Below the pieces are notes generated by a model. That model was not told where the DNA came from, searched no databases, and saw only the letters and a list, made by a program, of their open reading frames with translations. The position numbers were made by a program, and so were the translations under genes. From Gammaproteobacteria bacterium (GTDB lineage: Bacteria; Pseudomonadota; Gammaproteobacteria; Eutrophobiales; Eutrophobiaceae), in the NCBI GenBank assembly GCA_030835405.1, contig JAURPG010000097.1:8479-72478 (forward strand): a stretch of DNA of 64,000 nucleotides, written 5' to 3'. Below, in pieces: positions 21,353 through 29,609 of this stretch (positions are counted from its first letter, which is position 1; each line of letters opens with the position of its first letter).

Positions 21353-21571
21353 TTATTTGATCCTGATTGCAAAATAACCACTGGTAGAGCCACCTTCAAC
21401 ACTGCTGCATTGATAGACCTTTCCGTGACGGCTGGTGGGGATCATGATGTCAGTCCTGGGTTTGCAGACAGCATCCGTCTATACCAGTTCCCTGTAGGAT
21501 TTGTCCAGCACTTCAATGGCATCACCCATGGTCAGGACAATCGCAACGTCATCGTTGTTTATAATCAGCAT
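21353..21571 (-). pseudogene. N-terminal remnant of an ornithine cyclodeaminase/mu-crystallin family gene
   Basis: My translation: MLIINNDDVAIVLTMGDAIEVLDKSYRELV*TDAVCKPRTDIMIPTSRHGKVYQCSSVEGGSTSGYFAIRIK*DI. In-frame TAG at 21479-21481 and TAA at 21353-21355, then truncated at the convergent gene end. Family call is from recalled N-terminal pattern. Confidence 0.65.
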
Positions 21572-21585
21572 AATTTAGTTAAATG

Positions 21586-23184
21586 TTACAGTACCGAGAA
21601 GTCAGCAAATATACCATAAATTATAAGCACAGTAATTAAGAGTATGACACATGCCCGCTTCACCATCGGCCAGGGAGTCATATCCACGGCACTCTCAGCA
21701 GAGTCATTTTGGCTGTCTACCATGGGTATTAACTTACTGAATCCAAGTAATATCATGACCAGCAACAAAAATACCAGGCCAAGGAAATGGAATTCATGAA
21801 TGGCATTGACCAGTCCGGTAAACGGCTTGACGAAATACCCCAATCCAATGATGGTGATACCTGTCAGTAGTGCTATCTTTGCGGCTATAGGTGGGACCTT
21901 CTTAAACAACATGCCACAAATTACAATGGAAAATATAGGAATAAAGTAAAGGCCGTTCATCTTCTGCAGGTAGGCGAAAATACTTTCATGGCGCATCAGT
22001 AATGGTGCGGTAGACATGGAAAAGATCGCCAGTACCCAGCCGAAAATTTTGCCGCTTTTGACCACCTGTTCGTTACTTGCCTCTTTATTAATGATCTTTT
22101 TATACAATCCAAGACTGAAAAGGGTACAAGTGCTGTTCAGTGCTGAGTTATAACTGGACAAAATAGCCCCCATCATGACCGCAGCAAAAAAACCCGCAAG
22201 CCCGGCTGGCAAGACACGGTTTACCAGCATGCCATAGGCTTGATCGGCATTTTCATTGCCAAGATCTGGAAACATGGAATAGGCGACAATGCCGGGTAAC
22301 ACCAGGAAAATGGGGCCGAGTAATTTCAACAGGCCTGTAGCGACGACTCCTTTTTGCCCTTCTGCTAATGATTTCGCGCCAAATGTCCTTTGTATTATCT
22401 GCTGGTTAGATGTCCAGTAGAAAAAATGTAATAACAACACACCACTGAACAAGGTGCTGAAGGGGACTGAACTGTCCCGGCTGCCAATGGAATTCAATCG
22501 TTCAGGGCTGGTATTTACGAGGACCTCAATGCCATTTGATAAACTGCCATTTCCCAATGTTGACAGGCTAAACCAGGCAATCATTAATCCACCCACTAAA
22601 AGCCCGATACCATTGATGGTATCAGACACCGCTACTGTCCTTAAACCTCCAAATAGCGCATAGAGTGAACCGATAATACCAACGGTCCAGACTACTAGCC
22701 ACAGAAGGATTGCCCTGGATTCGATCCCAATGATGCCTGGAAGATCCAGTATCCCCATGAGACCAGTTGCGCCAGTGTAGAGGATAATAGGTAACAAAAT
22801 AAATGCATAAGCAGATAAAAAAATGATATTAGTGATGACCTGGGTTTGATGATCGTACCGGATTTCCAGATATTCCGGGACAGTTGTGACACCATATTTA
22901 AGAAATCTTGGCAGAAAAAACAACGCCATGACCACCAAGGCAATAACGGCGATCACTTCCCAGGCCATTACCGACATCCCATCGATAAATGCTGCCCCAT
23001 TAAGACCGACCATTTGTTCCGTTGATAGATTAGTCAATAATAGCGAACCTGCGATGAGCGGCCATGAGAGAGTCCTGCCCGCAAGGAAGTAACCCGTGAT
23101 GGTTTTATGGTCATCTTTACGTGTAAAAAATAGGGTAAGGGCTGCAACCAGTGTAGTAAAAAAAATAAAAGAAATGATTGTCAT
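21586..23184 (-). CDS. Sodium:solute symporter (SSS family, YidK-like sugar/inositol type)
   Basis: GYFLAGR, SLLLTNLSTEQMVGLNG, GGLRTVAVSD and YWTSNQQIIQRTFGAK motifs; about 14 TM helices. Confidence 0.92.
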   Translation of the reverse strand: MTIISFIFFTTLVAALTLFFTRKDDHKTITGYFLAGRTLSWPLIAGSLLLTNLSTEQMVGLNGAAFIDGMSVMAWEVIAVIALVVMALFFLPRFLKYGVTTVPEYLEIRYDHQTQVITNIIFLSAYAFILLPIILYTGATGLMGILDLPGIIGIESRAILLWLVVWTVGIIGSLYALFGGLRTVAVSDTINGIGLLVGGLMIAWFSLSTLGNGSLSNGIEVLVNTSPERLNSIGSRDSSVPFSTLFSGVLLLHFFYWTSNQQIIQRTFGAKSLAEGQKGVVATGLLKLLGPIFLVLPGIVAYSMFPDLGNENADQAYGMLVNRVLPAGLAGFFAAVMMGAILSSYNSALNSTCTLFSLGLYKKIINKEASNEQVVKSGKIFGWVLAIFSMSTAPLLMRHESIFAYLQKMNGLYFIPIFSIVICGMLFKKVPPIAAKIALLTGITIIGLGYFVKPFTGLVNAIHEFHFLGLVFLLLVMILLGFSKLIPMVDSQNDSAESAVDMTPWPMVKRACVILLITVLIIYGIFADFSVL

Positions 23185-23296
23185 ACTTCTTCCCCAAGAC
23201 AGGTCTGAATACCAGGAAAAGGTTTCAGTAATTCATGTAATTAGTATTATTATTGAGTTTATCTTACATTATCATATTAATAATTAGTATCTGGAA

Positions 23297-23746
23297 ATGG
23301 TTATGCGTAAAACAATCAGTGTATTGATTTTCTTGCTTATATTGTCTATGCCGGGATATGCAGATCCAGTAGATGATGCCCTGGCAGTATTGAATAAATG
23401 GTCATTGGCATTTGCTGCGGCCGACGTGGATGGCATAGTAAAATTATATTCACCTGATGCCCTGTTTCTTGGTACTGGTAGTCCGTCAGTTGTTACCCAG
23501 ACTGAGGGTATCCAAGAATATTTCGAGAGGGCTTTGTTAAATGATCGTCCCAGGACGGCGAGGCTAAAAAGTTATTCTGCCTTGGCGTTATCTGATTCAG
23601 TGGTGGTATTTTCAGGCCTGGACACCATTACCGGCACCCGTAACGGCAAACAGATGATATCTAATGGACGGGTTACGATTGTGGTGGCAAAGCGAGAAGG
23701 AGAATGGAAGATCGTCCAGTTTCACCGCTCCAGGTTACCGGGATAG
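23297..23746 (+). CDS. Exported NTF2-like protein (SnoaL/DUF4440/SgcJ-EcaC family)
   Basis: Signal peptide, WSLAFAAADVDGIVKLYSPDA and GEWKIVQFHRS motifs. Confidence 0.75.
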   Translation: MVMRKTISVLIFLLILSMPGYADPVDDALAVLNKWSLAFAAADVDGIVKLYSPDALFLGTGSPSVVTQTEGIQEYFERALLNDRPRTARLKSYSALALSDSVVVFSGLDTITGTRNGKQMISNGRVTIVVAKREGEWKIVQFHRSRLPG

Positions 23747-24418
23747 CTCTTCAAGGTGATGTGAGAAATCGGTTAACGTACTGATTGTTATCGTAGGCGT
23801 AGCGTCCCAGGGGTCAAAGACCATTTTATCTGATCGTTTTACCCACGCGGTTTTCATCCCCACGTTCAGGCCTCCAAGAACATCAAAGGGGTTGCTGGAT
23901 ATTAGCCAGGTATTGTTGGCATCTGCACCAGTTTGTTTCAGAAAGTATCGATAAACCTCGGGGTTTGGCTTGAATGTTTTTACATCATCCACACTGATAA
24001 TTGCTTTAAAAAAATTGCGTATACCTGCCGCTCTTAATACCTGGTCAACAGATTCTGGATCACCATTCGAAAATGCAAAACAATGATGCCCTTGCGATTG
24101 CAAGCGAGACAATGCCTCTAGAGCATCTTGAAAGGCCGGAAGCGAATTATATTTTGATAGAAGGTCGTTTTTTTGCTGGGTGGTTAAATCCTGTCCAACG
24201 GATTGACATGTAAAGTCCAGTGCCTGGCGAGTACATTCAGAAAATTTTACATAGTCCTTCATTAAGCCTCGGCGAAAAGAATACTCCAGTTGCTTATTGC
24301 GCCAGTTATCGGAAAATTGCTGTGCTTTTTCTCCAACCATATCTGTTAATAGTTCCACTACACCACTTGTATCCACTAGCGTGCCATAAACATCAAATGC
24401 AAAGGTATTGACCGTCAT
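23735..24418 (-). CDS. Haloacid dehalogenase type II (HAD superfamily)
   Basis: FDVYGTLVD, WRNKQLEYS, FSNG, FKPNPEVY and ISSNPFDV motifs. Confidence 0.92.
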   Translation of the reverse strand: MTVNTFAFDVYGTLVDTSGVVELLTDMVGEKAQQFSDNWRNKQLEYSFRRGLMKDYVKFSECTRQALDFTCQSVGQDLTTQQKNDLLSKYNSLPAFQDALEALSRLQSQGHHCFAFSNGDPESVDQVLRAAGIRNFFKAIISVDDVKTFKPNPEVYRYFLKQTGADANNTWLISSNPFDVLGGLNVGMKTAWVKRSDKMVFDPWDATPTITISTLTDFSHHLEELSR

Positions 24419-25009
24419 TTGTTTACATCTTCATTCTGGGAACTGAAATCGGTGATTTTACCAACGGAAAAATATTGTTTGCGTGGATTGATGATGGAAG
24501 GTCGGGAGATAAATAAATTATTAGGATAAAGTATATTCTCGATCCTCAGTGATGAGCCATATATTGAACATATTTATTTCGGCAATATATCCTTCGATAT
24601 AATTATCAATATCAATAATTCTGATATAGTTTCCACGCCTGAAAGTTGGATGTAAAAGGATAATAAAAAAAGCTGTGACGTTACTAAGAATTGACCAGTT
24701 TGCAAATAATGCGACACCAGTTAACGTCAAAATTCCGGTCGAAAGTAATAACAGGTTCCTGAAATCAAAACCCCAGATTAGTAATAATATCGGGATCGCA
24801 AATAATAACAGGATGCCGTTAGCGTAATGGCTGGCAGTATTCAGTAATTCATCCTTGAATTTACTCGTTTCGATGGATTCCTTTATCTTGGGCCTGGTTG
24901 ATTTGCTTATGAGATAAATACATATAAGTACAAGTAATGTAAGAAACACGTTTAAGGAATAAGTATTGTAAAAGATAGCCAGGCTATCCAGTATTTCTCC
25001 AAAGCTCAC
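24415..25009 (-). pseudogene. Small MscS-family channel gene, frameshifted near 24530
   Basis: ORF 24521-25009 stops at EDREYTLS*. Another frame continues YPNNLFISRPSIINPRKQYFSVGKITDFSSQNEDVNK* to a TGA overlapping the HAD ATG (ATGA). Restoring 2 nt in a TATA run gives EDREYILYPNN, the MscS IPN-type motif. Confidence 0.7.
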
Positions 25010-25078
25010 ACAAATACCTCAATAATAAAATATAAAATCATCCGAATAGATAGATTGAACCGTCTTTAAACAAGAAAG

Positions 25079-25771
25079 TCATTTCTGATCTGTTGCAAAA
25101 CAGTAAAATCTTCCTGCACCGCCTGTTGATCTGAAATCATCCAGAGAACAGCCCCGGGTTGCATGGGATGAATTCCAGGACGTATTCCAGCCACTTAGTC
25201 TGTCATGATGGCCAATCATGGCACTACCGTCGGAACCATCATAGGTCCAGTTATTACAGGTCAGATTATTACCTGCAGAAGTGGTGCCGGGAGGAAAGGC
25301 ACGGCCATGAGAATCAGAGCCTGTAATTATGTCGTGTTCATTGCCAGTGCCCTCGGGTCGTACACGTCCATTTACCAGTTCGCCTCTTTCCGTCAGTGCA
25401 GTCTCCCGGTAGATTAGATTACTGTCACGTTGTATATCACCATGTAGATCGACAAGGCTGGCAGCGATCATCACGCCTTCGGCGTTATACCAGGGGCCAT
25501 TGCCTATCCGGTCACGTGCATTAACAGCCGGTGTGGATTGTGTACCATGGGTGCTGAGATAGGCCCGCCAGGTATGTTGGCCTGCGCCTGCAGCCGAGGC
25601 GAGTTTCTGGCAAATGGCATCGGCACCTTCAAGCCCGCCTAAATTACCATTTTGCGTAGTACTGGTTACAAAAAATGTCATTTCATGCGCACGATTCGAT
25701 TGCCCTGCTACCATATTTGAAATCAGCAACATAATTATTGTCATCACGAATATAATTGGATTGTTTTTCAT
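25079..25771 (-). CDS. Secreted endostatin/C-type-lectin-like protein
   Basis: Signal peptide; FFVTS, GNLGGLEGADAICQKLA, WRAYLS, ARDRIGNGPW and RFYCFA motifs with conserved cysteines. Confidence 0.7.
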   Translation of the reverse strand: MKNNPIIFVMTIIMLLISNMVAGQSNRAHEMTFFVTSTTQNGNLGGLEGADAICQKLASAAGAGQHTWRAYLSTHGTQSTPAVNARDRIGNGPWYNAEGVMIAASLVDLHGDIQRDSNLIYRETALTERGELVNGRVRPEGTGNEHDIITGSDSHGRAFPPGTTSAGNNLTCNNWTYDGSDGSAMIGHHDRLSGWNTSWNSSHATRGCSLDDFRSTGGAGRFYCFATDQK

Positions 25772-25995
25772 TTACTCATCCCCCGTTCTTTAACTATATA
25801 TTTCAAATCTAACTAACAAATTAGTGTATAGAAATTTTCTATTTTAGTTTGCTGCTACAATCTGGAAATTACCATCAAATAAGGGATAATTCAGATCGAA
25901 AGGGCCATTCTTACCCCAAAGACTATATATGAAGTATCTTACACCCTTAGGATATAAGATATAAATCTATATCAACAAACTTAAATTAGATATCG

Positions 25996-26415
25996 ATGTT
26001 GATAATTAACCGACAAATATCCATTGACGAATCTGAACTGAAGATTACAGCTATCCGGGCTCAGGGACCCGGTGGGCAAAATATCAATAAGGTGGCATGT
26101 GCAGTACATCTCAGGTTTGATATTCCAGGTTCTTCATTGCCTGGGCCGATAAAGAATCGTTTACTGGCATACAAGGACTATCGAATATCTAAAGACGGTG
26201 CCATTGTCATCAAGGCGCAGAGATATCGAAATCGGGAACGAAATATTGATGATGCTCGTAATCGACTCAGGGACCTCATACGGTCTGCTATTGAAGTACC
26301 CAAAAAACGTATTGGCACCATGCCCAGTATCGCTGCAAGACAAAGGCGCCTGGATGACAAGACAAAAAGAAGCAAGATAAAACGTTACAGGACAAAAGTG
26401 GACCCTCATGAATAA
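25996..26415 (+). CDS. arfB: Alternative ribosome rescue peptidyl-tRNA hydrolase ArfB (YaeJ)
   Basis: RAQGPGGQNINK GGQ motif, AVHLRF, basic C-terminal tail; 139 aa. Confidence 0.92.
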   Translation: MLIINRQISIDESELKITAIRAQGPGGQNINKVACAVHLRFDIPGSSLPGPIKNRLLAYKDYRISKDGAIVIKAQRYRNRERNIDDARNRLRDLIRSAIEVPKKRIGTMPSIAARQRRLDDKTKRSKIKRYRTKVDPHE

Positions 26416-27004
26416 ACCTTATGCACAAGCCTGTGATCGAAACCGTGATCCTATTTTATCGGTTATAAAGTCACTATTGGCTGATGCCGGTTCAGTTCTT
26501 GAGGTGGGAAGCGGTACGGGACAACATGCCGTTTACTTTGCCGGACATCTACCTCACCTGCAATGGCAGTGTTCCGACCTGCTTGATAACCTGCCTGGAA
26601 TCAAAATCTGGATAGATGAATCTGACTATGCAAACCTGCCATTGCCAGTTGAATTGGATGTTTCATCTATCAATTGGGCGGCACTGGAATATGATGCAGT
26701 TTTTTCCGCTAATTCTGTCCATATTATGAGCTGGGAGCATGTGAAGGCCTTTATTTCCGGGGCAGGCCTTGCACTGAATCAAAATGGTTTATTGATACTC
26801 TACGGGCCATTTAATTACCAGGATAATTATACCAGCGATAGCAACAGGGTATTTGATGGCTGGTTGAAAGAGCGTGACCCGGTAAGTGGGATCAGAAACT
26901 TTGAAGACCTGGACAGGTTGGCGAACGAAGCCGGGTTTATATTACAGGGTGATATCGAAATGCCCTCCAACAATAGAATCTTATATTGGCAGAAAACTGT
27001 CTAA
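26408..27004 (+). CDS. DUF938 class I SAM-dependent methyltransferase
   Basis: ACDRNRDPIL, VLEVGSGTGQH, YGPF, SNRVFDGWLK and MPSNN motifs. Confidence 0.88.
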   Translation: MNKPYAQACDRNRDPILSVIKSLLADAGSVLEVGSGTGQHAVYFAGHLPHLQWQCSDLLDNLPGIKIWIDESDYANLPLPVELDVSSINWAALEYDAVFSANSVHIMSWEHVKAFISGAGLALNQNGLLILYGPFNYQDNYTSDSNRVFDGWLKERDPVSGIRNFEDLDRLANEAGFILQGDIEMPSNNRILYWQKTV

Positions 27005-27600
27005 TGAAGATTGTAGAGAAAAATATCTGTTATCGTAATGCCGCAATTTCTGATTGCTCTCATATTGTCCGTCTCTATAGTATCGCATCAGATGGCATAG
27101 CGAATTACGTGTGGTCCACGATGGCAGCACCTGGACAGGACCTGGAAGAGGTTGGGGTACGCCGTTACCAGAGGGAGGATACGATTTACAGTTACTTAAA
27201 CTGTATCATGGCGGACGTCGATAATCAGGTGGCCGGGATGATGTTATCTTACCCCATGCAGGTTGATAAGGACGAAAATTATAGCGATTATGATCCTGTT
27301 TTACTTCCATACGCCAGACTGGAAGAGGACAACAGCTATTACATTTCGGGGATGGCTATATATCCTGAATTTCGGGGCAAGGGTATTGGTACACGCTTTA
27401 TGGCCCTGGCCGAGCAGCGCGCAACCGAGCAAGGCTATGACAAGCTTAGCCTGATAGTGGTTGAGGAGAATACTACCGCCCTGAACCTGTATAAAAAAAC
27501 AGGATATTATGAGGCTATGCGTCAGGCCATTGTGCCCCATCCATTAATACATTGCATTGGAGATGCTATGTTAATGGTAAAACAATTGTCTACTTCATGA
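27004..27600 (+). CDS. GNAT family N-acetyltransferase
   Basis: Acetyl-CoA motif PEFRGKGIGT and NTTALNLYKKTGY; likely ATG at 27004 coupled to the upstream TAA. Confidence 0.85.
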   Translation: MKIVEKNICYRNAAISDCSHIVRLYSIASDGIANYVWSTMAAPGQDLEEVGVRRYQREDTIYSYLNCIMADVDNQVAGMMLSYPMQVDKDENYSDYDPVLLPYARLEEDNSYYISGMAIYPEFRGKGIGTRFMALAEQRATEQGYDKLSLIVVEENTTALNLYKKTGYYEAMRQAIVPHPLIHCIGDAMLMVKQLSTS

Positions 27601-28413
27601 TGCTGCCGGGTGCCAGCCGGCATCCGCCCAGAGATTGCCGCTTACTGCCGAGTTGGCAATCATAAAACAGATAGCTTCAGCAATCTCGTCAGGTCTTATT
27701 AATCTGCCAAGCTGGGTATATTGGAGTATATGCTTGTTGATATAGTCATCACCCAGGGCGCGCACCATGGGAGTATCAGTAAATCCCGGATGTATCACGC
27801 CACAACGTACACCATGGAATATTGCCTCTTTGGTTAAGGTCGCTGCTGCACCTTCAAGCCCCGCCTTGGTACTGGCATAAGATATCTGACCCTTGTTTCC
27901 CTGTGATGAGACCGAACCGATAAAAATGATGGTACCCTGAACATGTTCATCGGGACTCCACTTTTTCAAGCCTTGCTTTGCCCGTAGTTCTGCATGTCTG
28001 GCAACCATTTCTATTGCCCAATAAACAGGTGCAATTAAATTAACATCCATAACCAGTTTAAATTCTTCCTCTGGATAGATCTCGGCGTTGCTGGTCTCTT
28101 TATTAATTTTGACAGCCAGGGCATCCCTGGTAATCCCGGCACAGGGGACACAAATATTGACTAACTTATTATCACTGCAAAGTGTGTCATAGACATCCTT
28201 TCTAAATTTCCCATCTGTGGTGTCACCCGTAAATGAAATGGCTATATCCGTTCCCAGTTCATCATTAATAGTATTGGCGGCATCATTCACGTTCTGATCA
28301 ATGTCCACCATGCCAAGTTTACTGACACCTAACCTGGCAAGGTGCCGGCTGACCGCCAATCCAATACCGCTACCGGCCCCGGTGACTACAGCAACTTTAT
28401 TTTTAATTTCCAT
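27595..28413 (-). CDS. Short-chain dehydrogenase/reductase (FabG-like)
   Basis: TGAGSGIG, CAGITRD, YASTK catalytic motif, HPGFTDTPMV; ATG at 28413 preceded by AAGGAAGGGA RBS. Confidence 0.88.
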   Translation of the reverse strand: MEIKNKVAVVTGAGSGIGLAVSRHLARLGVSKLGMVDIDQNVNDAANTINDELGTDIAISFTGDTTDGKFRKDVYDTLCSDNKLVNICVPCAGITRDALAVKINKETSNAEIYPEEEFKLVMDVNLIAPVYWAIEMVARHAELRAKQGLKKWSPDEHVQGTIIFIGSVSSQGNKGQISYASTKAGLEGAAATLTKEAIFHGVRCGVIHPGFTDTPMVRALGDDYINKHILQYTQLGRLIRPDEIAEAICFMIANSAVSGNLWADAGWHPAAS

Positions 28414-28508
28414 TTGTTCCCTTCCTTTTTGTCTGTGATATATTGATATCTGTATTTTTCGGGTAGATATTGTACGCTCAAAATGAACCATACATTAGGT
28501 GTAATTTT

Positions 28509-29234
28509 ATGAGACTGGCCAAATTTAGCGCGTTCCTGTTTTTGAGTTTATTCCTGAGTATCTGGGTGTTGTCTGCCAGCGGCACCCATTGGCGTGATGC
28601 AGATCGCTCCAGTGCAGGGCTCGCCCCATTACCAGATGAGCATGAAGAAGCAGTTTTGCAGATTTACGCTGCCCGGACATTCGGTTGGCGGGGCAACCTG
28701 GCTGTTCATACCTGGATCAGTATCAAGGAAAAGGCCGCACAAAATTATACCGTACACCATGTTCTCGGGTTTCGTAGCCGTCGTGGTTTACCTGTCGTTG
28801 TCTCCAGTAATGATCTGCCTGATCGCTTCTGGTATGGCAATGAGCCAGAGGTCCTGGTGGACTATCGTGGTGAAGAGGCAGAAGAGTTAATACCAGGTGT
28901 CATGGCAGCGGTTAAATCCTATCCCTATCAAAAGAAATATGTCATGTGGCCAGGACCTAACAGTAATACCTTCACCGCCTATGTCGGCAGGCAAGTACCT
29001 GAATTGAAATTGGATCTACCGTCTACTGCTATCGGTAAAGATTACCTTGGGGACAGTATTGTGGGGTCAACACCGGGGGGGAGTGGTTATCAATTGTCTC
29101 TATTTGGAATACTGGGAATGAGCCTGGGGATGGAAGAGGGTATGGAGTTGAATATACTTAGCCTAAACTTCGGCATTAACCCTTTGAAATTACAAATGAA
29201 ATTGCCTGCAGTCGGCACGCTGGGTATAGATTAG
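28509..29234 (+). CDS. DUF3750 domain-containing protein
   Basis: WRDADRSSAGLAP, YAARTFGWRG, AVHTWI, PDRFWYG, WPGPNSNTF and LPSTAIGKDY motifs; likely ATG at 28509. Confidence 0.8.
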   Translation: MRLAKFSAFLFLSLFLSIWVLSASGTHWRDADRSSAGLAPLPDEHEEAVLQIYAARTFGWRGNLAVHTWISIKEKAAQNYTVHHVLGFRSRRGLPVVVSSNDLPDRFWYGNEPEVLVDYRGEEAEELIPGVMAAVKSYPYQKKYVMWPGPNSNTFTAYVGRQVPELKLDLPSTAIGKDYLGDSIVGSTPGGSGYQLSLFGILGMSLGMEEGMELNILSLNFGINPLKLQMKLPAVGTLGID

Positions 29235-29254
29235 ACCTTAATTAATTCCACCTG

Positions 29255-29340
29255 AAAATACCAAGGCCCGGGTCCATTTAGGGGGGAGGAGGGACCCGGG
29301 CCACTCGTTCATTATCGGGGGGGATAATGTCGATTTGGTA
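29255..29340 (-). ncRNA. Candidate small RNA unit B (two hairpins with C-rich/anti-SD loops)
   Basis: 7-bp hairpin 29310-29329 with CCCCCC loop, then a perfect 11-bp stem 29265-29275/29292-29302 whose loop gives CCUCCUCCCCCC, then a weak U-rich tail. The 5' end is uncertain. Confidence 0.5.
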
Positions 29341-29382
29341 AACCAATATTCATACACATCTATAAAATAATTACACTTTCTT

Positions 29383-29400
29383 ATGACAGCTGTATGAATG
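29383..29400 (-). promoter_or_regulatory. Possible Pho-box/OmpR-family direct repeat upstream of sRNA unit B
   Basis: Minus strand CATTCAT-ACAG-CTGTCAT (11-bp period), followed 10 nt later by AATTAT, a weak -10. Confidence 0.25.
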
Positions 29401-29434
29401 ATTTGTTCCAATATTTTTGATTTTTTTTAAAGAT

Positions 29435-29512
29435 AAATAAAAATGGCCCGGACGGGAGGAGGATAGGAGGAGTCCGGGCCATTAGGACTACCATAGGGAG
29501 ATGATAGTCTAT
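29435..29512 (-). ncRNA. Candidate small RNA unit A (~78 nt, two hairpins with anti-SD loops, intrinsic terminator)
   Basis: Hairpin 29486-29509 (loop UCUCCCUA; one G-U pair valid only on the minus strand), perfect 12-bp stem 29442-29453/29472-29483 with loop UCCUCCUAUCCUCCUCCC, then UUUUUAUUU. Predicted TSS 29512. Confidence 0.6.
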
Positions 29513-29518
29513 GGCCAG

Positions 29519-29561
29519 ATGATAGTACTCACCGTCTCAAATAGCTGTGATACTTTTCACA
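29519..29561 (-). promoter_or_regulatory. Class II CRP-type promoter: CRP site TGTGA-TACTTT-TCACA plus -10 TATCAT
   Basis: Perfect TGTGA-N6-TCACA at 29546-29561 (centre 29553.5) and minus-strand TATCAT at 29524-29519. The geometry puts the site at -41.5 from a TSS at 29512. Confidence 0.6.
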
Positions 29562-29593
29562 AAAGCGATAGAAAATCTATTTGCCTCATAATC

Positions 29594-29609
29594 TGTGATC
29601 TATATCACG
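29594..29609. promoter_or_regulatory. Second CRP-type site TGTGA-TCTATA-TCACG
   Basis: 9/10 core match with near-consensus spacer; about -89.5 from the same TSS; overlaps the antiporter stop codon. Confidence 0.45.

Noticed and set aside
21410..21619. 69-aa plus-strand ORF in the track
   Set aside because: TTG start, no recognisable motif; it is the antisense shadow of the OCD-like remnant.
27595..28413. SDR as PhaB (acetoacetyl-CoA reductase)
   Set aside because: It is about 8 kb from phaEC and lacks the typical PhaB signature (GQTNYSAAKAG); only a generic SDR call is supportable.
29265..29483. Hairpins as plain bidirectional terminators or a mini CRISPR array
   Set aside because: There is no T-tract on the plus side, and the loops are 16-18 nt with a conserved motif. 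There are only two non-identical units about 177 bp apart and no cas genes.
29265..29509. Plus-strand reading of the hairpins as a CsrA/RsmA-sequestering RNA (many GGA motifs in loops)
   Set aside because: U-tails, a G-U versus C-A pair and the promoter all favour the minus strand, and the loops are larger than typical ANGGA hairpins. Not fully excluded without stranded data.
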